DNA of 64,000 bases from NCBI GenBank assembly GCA_016182185.1, contig JACOXU010000001.1, positions 338,915-402,914 on the forward strand, written 5' to 3'. Of the stretch, positions 63,497 through 64,000 are shown piece by piece. Numbering within the stretch: position 1 is the first letter of the stretch; each line of letters begins with the position of its first letter. This DNA comes from Candidatus Levyibacteriota bacterium (lineage in GTDB: Bacteria > Patescibacteriota > Microgenomatia > Levybacterales > UBA12049). The notes beneath the pieces were generated by a model. The model was given only the letters and a program-made list of their open reading frames with translations, ran no database searches and was not told the DNA's origin. The translations under genes were made by a program, and so were the position numbers.

Positions 63497-64000
63497 ATGG
63501 AAATAACACTTAATAAAGAACAGTCTCTGGCTGTCAGATATGGCAATGGTCCTCTTCTTGTTATCGCCGGAGCCGGAACCGGAAAAACCACAGTTATCAC
63601 GGAAAGAATAAAGTATTTAATACTTGAAAAAAATATTAACCCTTCGGAAATTCTCGCTCTAACTTTTACTGAGAAAGCGAGCCAAGAAATGGAAGAAAGA
63701 GTTGATAAAGTTATGCCATACGGATATACGCAAATGTGGATTTCAACTTTTCATTCTTTTTGCGATCGGGTTTTGCGCGCTGAATCAATTCATATAGGAC
63801 TTAATCCTTCGTATAAGCTTCTCACAGAAGCAGAAGCAATTTTGACTTTGAGAAAAAATCTTTTCCAATTTGAACTCGATTACTTCAGACCCCTGGGAAA
63901 TCCTTATAAATTCTTACAGGGTCTTCTTCAGCATTTCAATCGTTTGAAAGATGAGGACATAAGTTTTCAGGAATACCTTGAATATGCAAAAAAATTAAAA
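63497..64000 (+). CDS. uvrD: UvrD/PcrA-family ATP-dependent DNA helicase (3' partial, runs off window)
   Basis: N-terminus LNKEQSLAV...LLVIAGAGTGKTTVITERI (motif I) and ALTFTEKASQEM (motif Ia). Open to the window end. Confidence 0.8.
   Translation, partial: MEITLNKEQSLAVRYGNGPLLVIAGAGTGKTTVITERIKYLILEKNINPSEILALTFTEKASQEMEERVDKVMPYGYTQMWISTFHSFCDRVLRAESIHIGLNPSYKLLTEAEAILTLRKNLFQFELDYFRPLGNPYKFLQGLLQHFNRLKDEDISFQEYLEYAKKLK

Noticed and set aside
1-64000. CRISPR arrays, rRNA, integrases/transposases, prophage genes
   Set aside because: No regularly spaced direct repeats of 28-40 nt. The only tandem repeats are 7-9 nt microsatellite-like units. No recombinase-like ORFs.

Overview
The window is AT-rich (roughly 33-36% GC by eye), gene-dense DNA with small proteins and several archaeal-type enzymes: class I lysyl-tRNA synthetase, archaeal-type PPAT fused to a DUF359 dephospho-CoA kinase-like domain, and a DUF5679-like zinc-ribbon mini-protein. 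From sequence alone this looks like a Patescibacteria/CPR-like bacterium using the standard code, since RF2 is present; that is inference. Housekeeping genes include secD/secF, secA, serS, lysK, prfB, greA, ftsE/ftsX, tsaB/C/E and tsaD, rmuC and a partial uvrD.

The main accessory content is threefold. First, an 11-gene minus-strand nucleotide-sugar and glycosylation cluster (7059-17470): ugd/UXS, gmd/rmd, rmlA/B/D, a GT2-GtrA fusion and an ArnT-like GT-C transferase. Second, a cell-envelope operon at 28989-35690: a GH18 chitinase-like protein, YfhO, a membrane-fused FNR-type oxidoreductase and two lipase-like hydrolases. Third, a metal homeostasis set: Nramp, and a zur-ZIP operon with a TTGCAT-repeat operator.

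The most unusual observations are:
1. A lysine-only mini-ORF (MAKKKKKKKK) with a perfect extended Shine-Dalgarno, followed by a strong intrinsic terminator directly upstream of secA. This is a candidate translation-coupled attenuator, reminiscent of SecM-type leaders.
2. An FtsEX-adjacent coiled-coil hydrolase whose M23 peptidase motifs occur in circularly permuted order.
3. Degenerate heptamer tandem repeats at six or more loci.
4. A GC-rich 150-nt island in the secA-downstream spacer that may be a structured RNA or leader.
5. Palindromic operator candidates upstream of mazG, of an ACT-like gene, and in the zur promoter.

No CRISPR array, rRNA, obvious tRNA, integrase or transposase was seen.
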